Positions 23,721 through 34,053 of a stretch of 64,000 bases of DNA are shown piece after piece; position 1 is the stretch's first letter, and every line of letters begins with the position of its first letter. The stretch is from an uncultured delta proteobacterium (GTDB lineage: Bacteria > Myxococcota_A > Polyangia > Polyangiales > Polyangiaceae): NCBI GenBank assembly GCA_963806225.1, contig CAWDXG010000003.1, positions 224,001-288,000 of the forward strand, read 5' to 3'. Under the pieces are notes generated by a model that was not told where the DNA came from, ran no database searches, and was given only the letters and a program-made list of their open reading frames with translations. Position numbers and translations under genes: made by a program.

Positions 23721-24356
23721 GTGGGCATCCAGGTGTTCGGACTGACGGGCGGTATCGGTTCCGGCAAGAGCAGCGTGGCCGCGCGCTTCCGCGATCGGGG
23801 GCTGCCCGTCATCGATGCCGACCAGCTCGCACGCGAAGTGGTTGCCCCGGGCAGCGCCGGGCTCGCCGCCATTGTCGCGGCGTTCGGCAAAGAAGTGCTG
23901 GACGCGGACGGCGGACTCGATCGCGCGCGCGTGGCGGACATCGTGTTCAACGACGAGGAAAAGCGCCGCACGCTGAACGCCATCACGCATCCGCGCGTTC
24001 GCGACCTCGCCCTTGGGCGCGTGATGGAGCTCGGCGAAGACGGCGAGCCGCTCTGCTGCTACGAGGTGCCGCTCTTGATCGAGTCGGGCCTCACCGACAC
24101 GCTGCGCCCGATCGTCGTGGTCAGCGTGTCCGAAGACGTGCAGGTCGCGCGCACCGTGAAGCGCGACTCTTCTAGCGAAGCGCAGGCACGCGCGCGCATC
24201 GCCGCGCAGATGCCGCTCGCCGACAAGGTGAAGCTGGCCGACTACGTCATCGACAACAGCGGCACGCCCGCCGAGCTGCGCGAGCGCGCCGACGAGGTGC
24301 TCGACGCCATCTGCGAGCAGCTGGGCGTGGACAAGGCACGCTTTCCGCGCGCGTGA
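23721..24356 (+). CDS. coaE: Dephospho-CoA kinase
   Basis: GLTGGIGSGKS, IDADQLAREVV, ITHPRV, EVPLLIE, ADYVIDNSG. Confidence 0.95.
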   Translation: MGIQVFGLTGGIGSGKSSVAARFRDRGLPVIDADQLAREVVAPGSAGLAAIVAAFGKEVLDADGGLDRARVADIVFNDEEKRRTLNAITHPRVRDLALGRVMELGEDGEPLCCYEVPLLIESGLTDTLRPIVVVSVSEDVQVARTVKRDSSSEAQARARIAAQMPLADKVKLADYVIDNSGTPAELRERADEVLDAICEQLGVDKARFPRA

Positions 24357-24363
24357 CGCGGCG

Positions 24364-25260
24364 CTACTGCACGACCGGCGGCCAGGAGGGATGCGACTTC
24401 GTCGCGATCGCGACCTCGCGTGCGCGGGCGGCGGTCAGCGTGTTCTCGAGCAGCATGGCGATGGTCATGGGGCCGACGCCGCCTGGAACGGGCGTGATGG
24501 CGCCAGCGACCGGCTCGGCGGAAGCGAAGTCAACGTCGCCACAGAGCTTGCCGTTCTCGTCCCGGTTCATGCCGACATCGATGACGGTGGCGCCGGGCTT
24601 GATCCAGTCGCCCTTGATCATCTTGGCGCGGCCGACCGCGGCGATCAGCACGTCGGCTTCGCGGCAACGCTCGGCGAGGTCGCGGGTGCGCGAGTGGGCG
24701 ATGGTAACGGTGGCGTGCTGCGCGAGCAGCAATGCAGCCACGGGCTTGCCGACGATGTTGCTGCGCCCGATGATGAGCGCGCGCGCGCCGGCCAGCTCCG
24801 TGCCCGCCTCGGCGATCAGCCGGAGACAGCCGCGCGGCGTGCAGGGCACGAGGCCGGGCTGCCCCGACCAGAGCGCACCGACGCTGACCGGGTGGAAGCC
24901 GTCGACGTCCTTGGACGGATCGATGCTGCGGATCACCGCGGAGGGACGCACGGCTCCGGGTACCGGCAGCTGCACCAGGATGCCGTCCACGTGGCGGTCG
25001 CCGTTGAGGTTCCGCACCACGGCCAGAAGCTCGCTCTCGGTCACGCTGGCCGGCAGCCGATGCACGCGGCCCTTGATGCCGACCTCGCTCGCGAACTTCT
25101 CCTTGTTGCGCACGTAGACCGCCGAGGCCGGGTCGTCTCCGGCTAGCACGACGTTCAGGCCCGGCGCGCGGCCGTGCTCCTCCCTGAACTCGGCCACTCC
25201 GCGGGCGACCTCCTCGCGCACAGCCCGGGCTACTGCCCTCCCGTCGATGCGTTCTCCCAT
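24364..25260 (-). CDS. folD: Methylenetetrahydrofolate dehydrogenase/cyclohydrolase
   Basis: [46 protein letters not shown]. Confidence 0.97.
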   Translation of the reverse strand: MGERIDGRAVARAVREEVARGVAEFREEHGRAPGLNVVLAGDDPASAVYVRNKEKFASEVGIKGRVHRLPASVTESELLAVVRNLNGDRHVDGILVQLPVPGAVRPSAVIRSIDPSKDVDGFHPVSVGALWSGQPGLVPCTPRGCLRLIAEAGTELAGARALIIGRSNIVGKPVAALLLAQHATVTIAHSRTRDLAERCREADVLIAAVGRAKMIKGDWIKPGATVIDVGMNRDENGKLCGDVDFASAEPVAGAITPVPGGVGPMTIAMLLENTLTAARAREVAIATKSHPSWPPVVQ

Positions 25261-25301
25261 GTGCCCCGGACTAGCATCGGCCCGCGCGCGCGGCCAGACC
25301 G

Positions 25302-26123
25302 TCAGGGCGCGAGCGGGACATCCGTCAGGGTCACCGAACCCGGGGCCACCTGGACCTGGATGTAGACGAGCTTCGAGCCGGTATCGAGATCGATGCGCTG
25401 GCGGTAGCCGGGCACGGCGTTGACCACGATCGCGAAGCCTGTGGCGCCGGTGCCGGCCGCAGTGTCGGACCAGGTTCCGCCGGCGTCGTAGATGACGCCG
25501 GTGCCCGGCGACTGCGTGATGCCCACGCCGCCCAGAGCGTTGCCGCTCGCGTCGACGAAGTGCAGCACCACCTGGCCCCGCGTCGCGTCGCGCTGCGGCG
25601 GAACCGTAACCACGTTGAAGATCTGGTCGATGACGCTGCTCCGCACCAGGCGGAGCGCGACGGGGCCCGTGCTGGTCGTGTCCCAGGGCTCGAGCGTGGG
25701 CAGCGCGTCGCCGGTGTTGCTCGTCGGCGTGACCGAGAACCAGACGGATGGCCCCACGCGCACGCCGTCGATGCTGAAGCCCTGGCCGTTGTAGGTGGCG
25801 CTGGCGTCACCGCCGCCCGGAGCCTCGGCCGTGATGTCGGCCGTGCCGGAGAAGGGCTGCGCGGTGACGAAATCGTCCGACGCGAGCAGCGACACGCTGC
25901 CCGCGAGCGAGACACTGGCGTCGCCCGGAGCCGCTTCGGAGACAGCGGTGCCGTCGGGGCCAGCTTCCTTCGGCGGAACGCTGCTGCCCGGCGGCTTGTG
26001 GGTGCAGCTGCTGTAGGCGGCGTCGTCGCAGCTCGTGTCGACCCGCGGCGGGTGCGCGGGCTTCTTCGCGCACGCGACAGCGCCGAACGCGACGAGAACC
26101 AGGACGAGCTTCGCCCGCATCAT
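25302..26123 (-). CDS. Lipoprotein of unknown function (beta-rich)
   Basis: Lipobox AVAC; co-oriented downstream of lgt. Confidence 0.65.
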   Translation of the reverse strand: MMRAKLVLVLVAFGAVACAKKPAHPPRVDTSCDDAAYSSCTHKPPGSSVPPKEAGPDGTAVSEAAPGDASVSLAGSVSLLASDDFVTAQPFSGTADITAEAPGGGDASATYNGQGFSIDGVRVGPSVWFSVTPTSNTGDALPTLEPWDTTSTGPVALRLVRSSVIDQIFNVVTVPPQRDATRGQVVLHFVDASGNALGGVGITQSPGTGVIYDAGGTWSDTAAGTGATGFAIVVNAVPGYRQRIDLDTGSKLVYIQVQVAPGSVTLTDVPLAP

Positions 26124-26132
26124 GGCTGGATC

Positions 26133-27071
26133 CTACGACGTCGTCGCGGGTTCGGCCAAGCGCGAGAGCCGGACCCGGTGCACCACCACGACCGCGACCA
26201 CCAGCACCACACCGATGAGCTGCGACGTACTGAGCCCCAGAAGCCCGCCCCGGGCGTCGTCGCGCCAGAACTCGAGAATGAAGCGCAACACGGCATACAG
26301 CAGCACGAACGCCAGGAAAATCATGCCATCGTAGCGCTTGCGCCCGTGCAGGTAGAGGAGCAGAAAAGCCGCGATCGCGAGCGAGCCCGCCGATTCGTAG
26401 ATCTGCGTCGGATGCACCGGCAGCGACGGCGCGAACGGCGACGAAAGCAGATGCTGCTTGAACTGCATCTCGCTCGCAGGACTGTGGGGCGGGAAGCTCA
26501 CCGCCCAGGGCACGCCGCTCGGCGTACCGAAACAGCAGCCCGCCAGAAGGCAGGCCATGCGCCCGAAGCCGAGCCCCACCGGCACCACCATGCCCGCCAT
26601 GTCCGCAGCCTTCCAGAACGGGAAGTGATCGCGCTTGAGCAGAAACCACGCGGCCGCACTGCCGCCGATGAAGCCGCCGTAGTAGGTAAGCCCGCCGTTC
26701 CAGAACTTCGCCCACGCGAAGCAGTCCGTCTGCGTCGGGTGGCACACCTTCTTCGCCGCGTCCCACACGCCGTTGTAGCTCGAGCTGATGCACTCGGAAT
26801 GCGTCAGCCCGTTCCACGACACCTTCGATGGGTCGGTGCACAGATGCACGTAGTCCCAGAAGTAGCCATCGGCGAACACGTGCAGGATGCGCGCTCCGGC
26901 AAACCCCGCGATCAGCATCGCCAGCCCCAGGTCGACCACCACGTCGGGGTCCTGTCCGATGCGCTTGGCCCAGATGGCGCCGATCGCCGTGGCGAAGATG
27001 AAGCCGGTCAGCTGCAGGATGAAGTAGCTCGGAAACCCGACGCCGAAGAGCGAAAAGAGCTGACCCAGCAT
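26133..27071 (-). CDS. lgt: Prolipoprotein diacylglyceryl transferase
   Basis: GARILHV, GGLTYYGG, GFGRMACLLAGCCFG, HPTQIYE, RFILEFWR. Confidence 0.93.
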   Translation of the reverse strand: MLGQLFSLFGVGFPSYFILQLTGFIFATAIGAIWAKRIGQDPDVVVDLGLAMLIAGFAGARILHVFADGYFWDYVHLCTDPSKVSWNGLTHSECISSSYNGVWDAAKKVCHPTQTDCFAWAKFWNGGLTYYGGFIGGSAAAWFLLKRDHFPFWKAADMAGMVVPVGLGFGRMACLLAGCCFGTPSGVPWAVSFPPHSPASEMQFKQHLLSSPFAPSLPVHPTQIYESAGSLAIAAFLLLYLHGRKRYDGMIFLAFVLLYAVLRFILEFWRDDARGGLLGLSTSQLIGVVLVVAVVVVHRVRLSRLAEPATTS

Positions 27072-27093
27072 GCCCTGCCTCGCGGGCCCGCGC

Positions 27094-28080
27094 TCAGCTC
27101 ACCGACGGCGGATCGCCGGCGACACCGGCGCTCTCGGCGGCAAGCGGGCTGCCCGATCCGCCGGCGTCCTGCCCGGCACTCGTCGCGATCACCTGCGCTG
27201 CCGCGGGCTTCGGTTGGCGGCGCGAGGTGAGCATGTCGATGGCCATCAGCGCCACGCCGACACAGATGCAGATGTCCGCCACGTTGAACGTGGGCCAGTG
27301 GTTGGTGATGCTCCAGCTGGGGAACACGCGGGCGATGTACTGGTTCATCGCCTCGACCCAGTGCGCCTTGTAGTCGACGAAGTCGACCACGCTGGCGCGG
27401 ATGATGCGGTCGGACAGATTGCCGAGCGCGCCGCCGAGCACCAGCGGCAGCCCCCACTTCAGCGCCCGTTGTCCCGGGCCAAGCCGCGCGTACAGCGACA
27501 CGATGAACGCGATCGCCAGCACACTCACCACCAGGAAGAACGGTTTGCGGATCGTCTCGCTCGCCGTCTGCAAGAGCCCCCATGCCCCGCCCTTGTTGTA
27601 CGTGAGCGTGAGGCTCAGATGATCCTTGAATACGACGATGCCCGGATCGAGCAACGTGCGTTTGCTGAGCGTGACCTCCGCCCAGGCCTTCGTGACAACG
27701 TCCGCCGCCAGCGACACCGCGGCGACCAGGCCGAAGAAGATGTAGCTCGGACGCCCCGCCAAGTCGGCCCCACTGGCCGCCGGAGCGGGCTCTCGCGTCG
27801 CCGGCTGCTCCGGATCGGGCGGCAGCTCGTGCACGCCCGGATCCGCCGGGGCCGCGATGCCCGCCGCGACCGCCGGAGCGTCGAACGGGATCGGCGCGCC
27901 GTGCTCGGCGTGGTCGGACGACGCGGGCGGAACCGCCGCGGGCGGATCGGCCCGCGCGGGCTCTCCGGGAGCCGCGGCGACCGGTGCATCGACCGGAGCG
28001 GCAGGGTCAGCCGGACTCCCGGCGCGGGGTTCTGCAGCCGGCGGATCGCCGGGGCGCGTGGGAAAGGTGGGCTCGCTCAT
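27094..28080 (-). CDS. lspA: Lipoprotein signal peptidase II with long Pro/Ala N-terminal extension
   Basis: DVVTK, YNKGGAWG, GGALGNLSDR, VVDF, WPTFNVAD; start uncertain. Confidence 0.92.
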   Translation of the reverse strand: MSEPTFPTRPGDPPAAEPRAGSPADPAAPVDAPVAAAPGEPARADPPAAVPPASSDHAEHGAPIPFDAPAVAAGIAAPADPGVHELPPDPEQPATREPAPAASGADLAGRPSYIFFGLVAAVSLAADVVTKAWAEVTLSKRTLLDPGIVVFKDHLSLTLTYNKGGAWGLLQTASETIRKPFFLVVSVLAIAFIVSLYARLGPGQRALKWGLPLVLGGALGNLSDRIIRASVVDFVDYKAHWVEAMNQYIARVFPSWSITNHWPTFNVADICICVGVALMAIDMLTSRRQPKPAAAQVIATSAGQDAGGSGSPLAAESAGVAGDPPSVS

Positions 28081-28337
28081 GGTCGCGTCGCGTTTTCCTA
28101 CGACAAGTCGGGGATTCAGGCCAGCGTGGGGCGCAACAGCGCGCCCAACACGCATATTTCCTTGCAGCGTCTCGCGACGACGTGGGAGCGCGGCGCAGGG
28201 CGGCCGCGCGCACGGCGTGTGCACGGGGCGCGCGGTGCGGAGCGACGGTCGCCCGAGCACGCCCCAGGGGGAACCCGGCCGCGCGCAGCCAAGCGAGCAA
28301 GGCCGGCGCCACCACGACATGAAACGCTGGGGAGCAC

Positions 28338-29167
28338 GCCCACAAGCCGGAAATGCGCGCCTCACGCGCATTTCAGTGCCCTCGGGCGTCCCTCGAGCCG
28401 GAAATGCGCGCCTCACGCGCATTTCAGTGCCCTCGGGCGTCCCACAAGCCGGAAATGCGCGCCTCACGCGCATCTCAGTGCCCTCGGGCGTCCCACGAGC
28501 CGGAAATGCGCGCCTCACGCGCATTTCAGTGCCCTCGGGCGTCCCACGAGCCGGAAATGCGCGCCTCACGCGCATTTCAGTGCCCTCGGGCGTCCCACAG
28601 CCGAATGCGCGCCTCACGCGATAGTGCCCTCGGCGTCCGAAATGCGCGCCTCACGCGCATTTCAGTGCCCTCGGGCGTCCCACAAGCCGGAAATGCGCGC
28701 CTCACGCGCATTTCAGTGCCCTCGGGCGTCCCTCGAGCCGGAAATGCGCGCCTCACGCGCATTTCAGTGCCCTCGGGCGTCCCTCAAGCCGGAAATGCGC
28801 GCCTCACGCGCATTTCAGTGCCCTCGGCGTCCCCAAGCCGGAAATGCGCGCCTCACGCGCGTTCAGTGCCCTCGGCGTCCACGAGCCGGAAATGCGCGCG
28901 AGGCGGGCATCTCAGTGCCCTCGGGCGTCCCTCAAGCCGGAAATGCGCGCCTCACGCGCATTTCAGTGCCCTCGGGCGTCCCTCAAGCCGGAAATGCGCG
29001 CCTCACGCGCATTTCAGTGCCCTCGGGCGTCCCACGAGCCGGAAATGCGCGCCTCACGCGCATTTCAGTGCCCTCGGGCGTCCCACAAGCCGGAAATGCG
29101 CGCCTCACGCGCATTTCAGTGCCCTCGGGCGTCCCACGAGCCGGAAATGCGCGCGAGGCGGGCATCT
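28338..29167. repeat. 51-bp tandem array B (about 16 units)
   Basis: Unit CCGGAAATGCGCGCCTCACGCGCATTTCAGTGCCCTCGGGCGTCCCACAAG; perfect 10-bp stem GAAATGCGCG-CCTCA-CGCGCATTTC. Confidence 0.95.
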
Positions 29168-29264
29168 CGCCGCGCTTGCCCTTTGCGCCCGTCCCGCGCC
29201 GGGCCCTCCGTCAGCGGGTTCCGGTCGTGGATGCCCCGCACGCTGGCCGGCGGTTCACGTCGCG

Positions 29265-29342
29265 CCGTGCTCGCCGCTTCGCGGCTGCGCTCGCCGCGGG
29301 CCCGCCAAGCGCGGTCGCTCCGCGCCCGCGCGGGGGCCCCAC
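29265..29342. repeat. REP-like double-hairpin module copy
   Basis: CCGTGCTC-GCCGC-TTC-GCGGC..GGGCCCGCC-AA-GCGCGG..CCGCGC-GGGGGCC-CCAC. Confidence 0.75.
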
Positions 29343-29393
29343 GTCACACGCCGCCCGGTTGCCGACTACCGCACACCTGTCTAGTATCCGCGC

Positions 29394-31821
29394 ATGGCGG
29401 ACGCACCCTGGACGCAAGAGCGCGGAGTCGACCCGGTCGTGGAGGGGTGGCTCGAGTCGGGGGCGGTCCGGCGCTGTCTGGCGGCGGAGCGGCTGACCGA
29501 GCCGGCGGAGGCGAGCTACGCGCCGATCCCGCGTAGGCTCGCGCCGGGTCTGGTGGGAGCGCTCCGGGCTCGCGGCATCGAGGCGCTGTACTCGCACCAG
29601 GTGGAAGCGATCGACGCCGCTCTACACGGGCGGCACGTGGTGATCGCAACGCCCACGGCGAGCGGCAAGAGCCTGTGCTTCCACCTGCCCGTGCTGCAGG
29701 CCATCGCCGAGGATCCGGAGGCGAGCGCGCTCTACGTCTATCCGACCAAGGCGCTGAGCCGCGATCAGGAGCACGGCCTGCACGAGCTGGCGGGCGAAGC
29801 GGGATTGTCCGTCGCAGCAACGGTGTACGACGGCGACACGCCGGGCGACGCGCGGCGCGCCGCGCGCGAGAAGAGCCGCATCGTCTTGACGAACCCGGAC
29901 ATGCTGCACGCCGGCATCATGCCGAACCACGCGCGCTGGGCGCGCACGTTCCAGAGCCTGACGCTACGTGGTGCTGGACGAGCTGCACACCTACCGCGGC
30001 GTGTTCGGCTCGCACATGGCGCACGTGGTGGCGCGGCTGAGGCGCATCGCGGCGTTCCACGGGGCGAGCCCGGCGTTCATCTCCGCCACGGCGACCATCG
30101 GCAATCCGCGCGAGCACGCGGCGCGGCTGATCGGCGTCGACCCGGGCGACGTGACGCTCGTCGATCGTTCGGGCGCGCCGCGCGCCAGCCGCCGCTTCTT
30201 CCTCTACAACCCGCCGGTGGTGAACGAAGAGCTCGGCATCCGCGCCAGCACGCTCAAGCAGAGCGTGAACCTCGCGGCGGATCTGGTGCGCGCCAAGGTG
30301 CCGACGATCGTGTTCGGCCCGTCGCGCAATTCCGTCGAGGTGATGCTGAAGTACCTGCGCGCGAAGTGCGGTGACGTGGCCGGCCCCGACGCCATCATGG
30401 CCTATCGCGGCGGCTATCTGCCGGAGACGCGGCGCGGCATCGAGCGCGGCCTGCGCGAAGGGGCGATCCTGTGCGTGGTGGCGACCAACGCGCTCGAGCT
30501 CGGCATCGACATCGGCGATCTGGATGCGGTGGTGTGCGCCGGCTACCCGGGCTCCGTCGCGGGCATGTGGCAGCGCTTCGGGCGCGCCGGGCGTCGCGGC
30601 GACACCAGCATCGCGCTGATGGTCTGCTCGTCGAACGCGATCGACCAGTTCCTGGCGCGCGAGCCGGAATATCTGCTGAAGGCGGGCGCCGAGGAAGCCC
30701 GCATCGATCCTTCCAACGTGGAAGTCCTGATCCAGCACCTGAAGTGCGCGGCGTTCGAGGCGCCATTCGAGATCACGGCGCCCGGGCCGAAGCCGGCGCA
30801 TCCAGAGGCGGCCGAGGGCGAGAGCTATCTCGGCCTCGATGCGGAGAGCACGCGCGACGCGCTGGACTACCTGGCCGGCCACGGTCTGGTTCACGAGAGC
30901 GGCGGCCGCTACCACTGGGCGGGCGAGGCGTTCCCGGCGAACCACGTGTCCTTGCGCAACATCGGCTGGGACAACTTCGTGATCATCGACGTGGCGACGA
31001 ACAAGTCGATCGCAGAGCTGGACTGGCGCGCCACGCACACCATGCTGCACGAGCAGGCCATCTACCAGCAGGACGCCGAGCAGTACCAGGTGGAAAGCCT
31101 CGACTACGAGAACCACAAGGCCTACGTCCGCCGCGTCAAGCCCGACTACTTCACGACCGCCCTCACCTACCGCACCGTCGGGGTCATCGAGGAGGAGCGG
31201 AGCGATACGTTGGGGCGCGCGGCCATCGGCTACGGCGAGGTGAAGGTCGTCGAGAAGGTGACGGGCTACAAGAAGATCAAGTTCTTCACGCACGAGAACG
31301 CCGGCTACGGCGACGTGCACCTGCCGGAGATGCAGATGCACACGACGGCGTTCTGGCTGACGGTGCCGGAGACGCTGATCGCCGGGCTCGGGATGCAGCG
31401 CGCGACGCTGATCGAGGCCCTGCGCGGCCTGGGCGCGGCGCTGGAGACGGTGAGCACGCTGTTTTTGATGTGCGACCCCCGCGACATCAACCGCACGCTG
31501 GGCGACGGCGCGTCGGATCCCGCGCTGGGCCTGCCGGCAGGCCGCGATCCGCACGCGGGGCGCACGGGCAGCTTCGACCCCACGGTGTTCCTGTTCGACG
31601 CGATTCCGGGCGGCGTGGGGCTAGCCGAGCGCATCTACGAGCGGGCCGGCGAGCTGCTGGAGCGCGCGGGGCGACTGATCCGCGGCTGCTCGTGCAGGAG
31701 CGGCTGCCCGGCCTGTGTGGGCCCCGGCGACGAGAATGGCGGCCAGAAGCGCGCCGCACTGGACCTGCTCTCGGCGCTGGAGCTGCGCCTGGCCACGCCG
31801 GCTGCGCCCGCAGTCGCGTAG
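29394..31821 (+). CDS. YprA/MrfA-like DEAH-box helicase with C-terminal 4-Cys (DUF1998-type) domain; frameshift near 29962
   Basis: [77 protein letters not shown]. Confidence 0.92.
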
Positions 31822-31955
31822 CGCGATCGGGAGCAACACGAAGGGCCGAAGGGCCGAAGGTTCTGGGGGTCGAGCGCTGGCGCGGCGGGGCGCGGCTCAT
31901 CCAGTGGGTGGGCCGTCAGTTGCGACGGAGCGGCCGGCGCCCTAGCCTTTCCCCG

Positions 31956-34049
31956 GTGGGACGACCGCTTCGCTTTCCGGCGCTGCTTCTGACCCTGGCG
32001 CTCGGCGCCGGCGGTTGCCTGGCGCGCGGTCAGGGCACGCTCCACCGCCAGACGGACAGCGACGGCGGGCCGTCCATCAACTTCGACGCGGGCACCGCCA
32101 GCGACGCAGCCGACGAGCTGCCGCCGACCGATCCCCACGCGGTGCTCGGCGTGGATCCGCCGCACGGCCCGTTCAACGGCGGGCAGCTGGCGCTGGTGCG
32201 CGGCAACGGATTCACCAGCGCGGCGCGCGTATGGTTCGGGCAAACGGAGGTGCCGAAGTCGGACGTGGTGCCGATCGATCCGGGGCGCATCCAGGTCGTG
32301 GTGCCGCCGGGCCAGGCCGGCCCCGTCGACGTGAGCGTGCAGAACGGCAGCGACGCATCGACGCGCGGCACGCTCACCGGCGGCTACACCTACGATGCGT
32401 TCTACGCCGATCCCGCCAGCGGTCCGACCTCGGGCGGCACCCTCGTCACGCTGCACGGCAGCGGAACGCAGTGGGGCGCGGGCACCGACGTGCGCATCGA
32501 TCTGAAGCCCTGCCAGAACATCAGCGTGCAGAGCCCGACGGAGCTCAGCTGTGCCACGCCGCCCGGCACGCCCGGCGCCAAGACGGTCCGCGTCACCACG
32601 TCCGACGGCACCAGCACCGACGTGCTCGACGGCTTCACCTACGGCAACAGCGACAACGGCTTCAAGGGCGGGCTCAGCGGCGCGCCGCTCCAGCAATCGC
32701 TGAAGGTGCTGGTGCTCGACAACTACAGCGGCGACGCCATCCCCGGCGCAACCGTGATCGCGGGCGACGATCTGTCGACCGCGCTTGTCCACCAGACGGA
32801 CGGCGCCGGCGTCACCCAGTTCCAGGCCCCGAATCTCGGCCCCAAGCGCTCGGTGACGGTCGCGATGAAATGCTTCCAGCCTCAGACCTTCGTCGACGTG
32901 CCGGTCGACACGGTCACGGTCTACCTCGATCCGGTGCTCTCCCCCGCGTGCGCCAGCCAGGGCGATCCGCCGCCGGTGGGCGGCACGCCGGGCTACGCGG
33001 CGGGCATCAGCGGACAGCTGGTGTGGACGGGCGGGCAGGAGTTCCAGCGGGCCGGCTGGACCAACGTGCCCAAACCCAAATCGGCCGACGAGAAGCTCGT
33101 CGCCTACGTCCTGCCGCTGCGCGGCGATCCGACCCAGCCCTTCCAGCTCCCCTCCTCGAGCCAGGCCGTGACGCCGGCCGCATCCGGCGACGTGGGCTAC
33201 GCCTACTCGCTGTCGACCACTCCCGGCAACCAGAGCCTGTACGCCGTTGCCGGCATCGAGAACGACAAGCTGAGCCCGCCCCAGTTCTTCGCGTACGCCA
33301 TGGGGCTGGCGAAGGGCATCAGCGCGAAGCCCGGCGTCACCACCGCCGACGTGTACATCCCGATCGACGCGCCGCTGGATCACGCGATCCAGATCGCGGT
33401 CAAGCCGCCGCAAGCGACGCCGCGCGGGCCCGATCGGGTGCGCGCCGAGGTCGCGTTGCGCGTCGGGGAGCTCGGCTACGCGCTACTGCCGTCCGGGCAG
33501 GCCACGGGGCTCCTGCCGCTGTCGTCTCCGTTCGATCTGGTCGGCGTGCCGCCGCTCGTCGGCAGCCTCGCGGGCACCCAGTACGTGACCACGGCCAGCG
33601 CCGTCACGGGCGCCACCGCCACCACACCGCTGTCGATCGTGGGGCTGACCGTATCCACCACCACCAACCAGACCGTCACGCTCGACGGCTTCGTCGAGGT
33701 CCCGAAGCTGACCCAGCCCGCCACGAACGGCGGCTGGAACGCGCAGGATCTCGCCGTGGACTGGCTGCCCGGCGGCGCCAGCGTGGATCTCACGCTGTAC
33801 GACATCGAGAGCGGCGGCGGGCTCGTCGCCTGGACGGTCGTAGCGCCGGCCGGCGAAAAGAGCGTGCGGCTGCCGGATCTGGCGTCGCTCTCGAGCGACC
33901 TCGGTTTCGGCGTGATCCCGGGCTCGGTCAGCATCACGGTCTCGGCCGCACACATCAAGGGCTTCGACTACGGCTCGCTCACGTACCACCAGCTCGGCAA
34001 GCACGGCTGGGACGCCTACGCGCGCGACGTGTTCAACGCTCATTTCTAG
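31956..34049 (+). CDS. IPT/TIG-domain lipoprotein
   Basis: Lipobox AGGC; two IPT-like repeats (PPHGPFNGGQLALVRGNGF; PASGPTSGGTLVTLHG) and a beta-rich C-terminus. Confidence 0.75.
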   Translation: MGRPLRFPALLLTLALGAGGCLARGQGTLHRQTDSDGGPSINFDAGTASDAADELPPTDPHAVLGVDPPHGPFNGGQLALVRGNGFTSAARVWFGQTEVPKSDVVPIDPGRIQVVVPPGQAGPVDVSVQNGSDASTRGTLTGGYTYDAFYADPASGPTSGGTLVTLHGSGTQWGAGTDVRIDLKPCQNISVQSPTELSCATPPGTPGAKTVRVTTSDGTSTDVLDGFTYGNSDNGFKGGLSGAPLQQSLKVLVLDNYSGDAIPGATVIAGDDLSTALVHQTDGAGVTQFQAPNLGPKRSVTVAMKCFQPQTFVDVPVDTVTVYLDPVLSPACASQGDPPPVGGTPGYAAGISGQLVWTGGQEFQRAGWTNVPKPKSADEKLVAYVLPLRGDPTQPFQLPSSSQAVTPAASGDVGYAYSLSTTPGNQSLYAVAGIENDKLSPPQFFAYAMGLAKGISAKPGVTTADVYIPIDAPLDHAIQIAVKPPQATPRGPDRVRAEVALRVGELGYALLPSGQATGLLPLSSPFDLVGVPPLVGSLAGTQYVTTASAVTGATATTPLSIVGLTVSTTTNQTVTLDGFVEVPKLTQPATNGGWNAQDLAVDWLPGGASVDLTLYDIESGGGLVAWTVVAPAGEKSVRLPDLASLSSDLGFGVIPGSVSITVSAAHIKGFDYGSLTYHQLGKHGWDAYARDVFNAHF

Positions 34050-34053
34050 CGTC

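Noticed and set aside
28338..29167. Integron attC cassette array
   Set aside because: No GTTRRRY/RYYYAAC cores, no cassette ORFs between hairpins, no integrase
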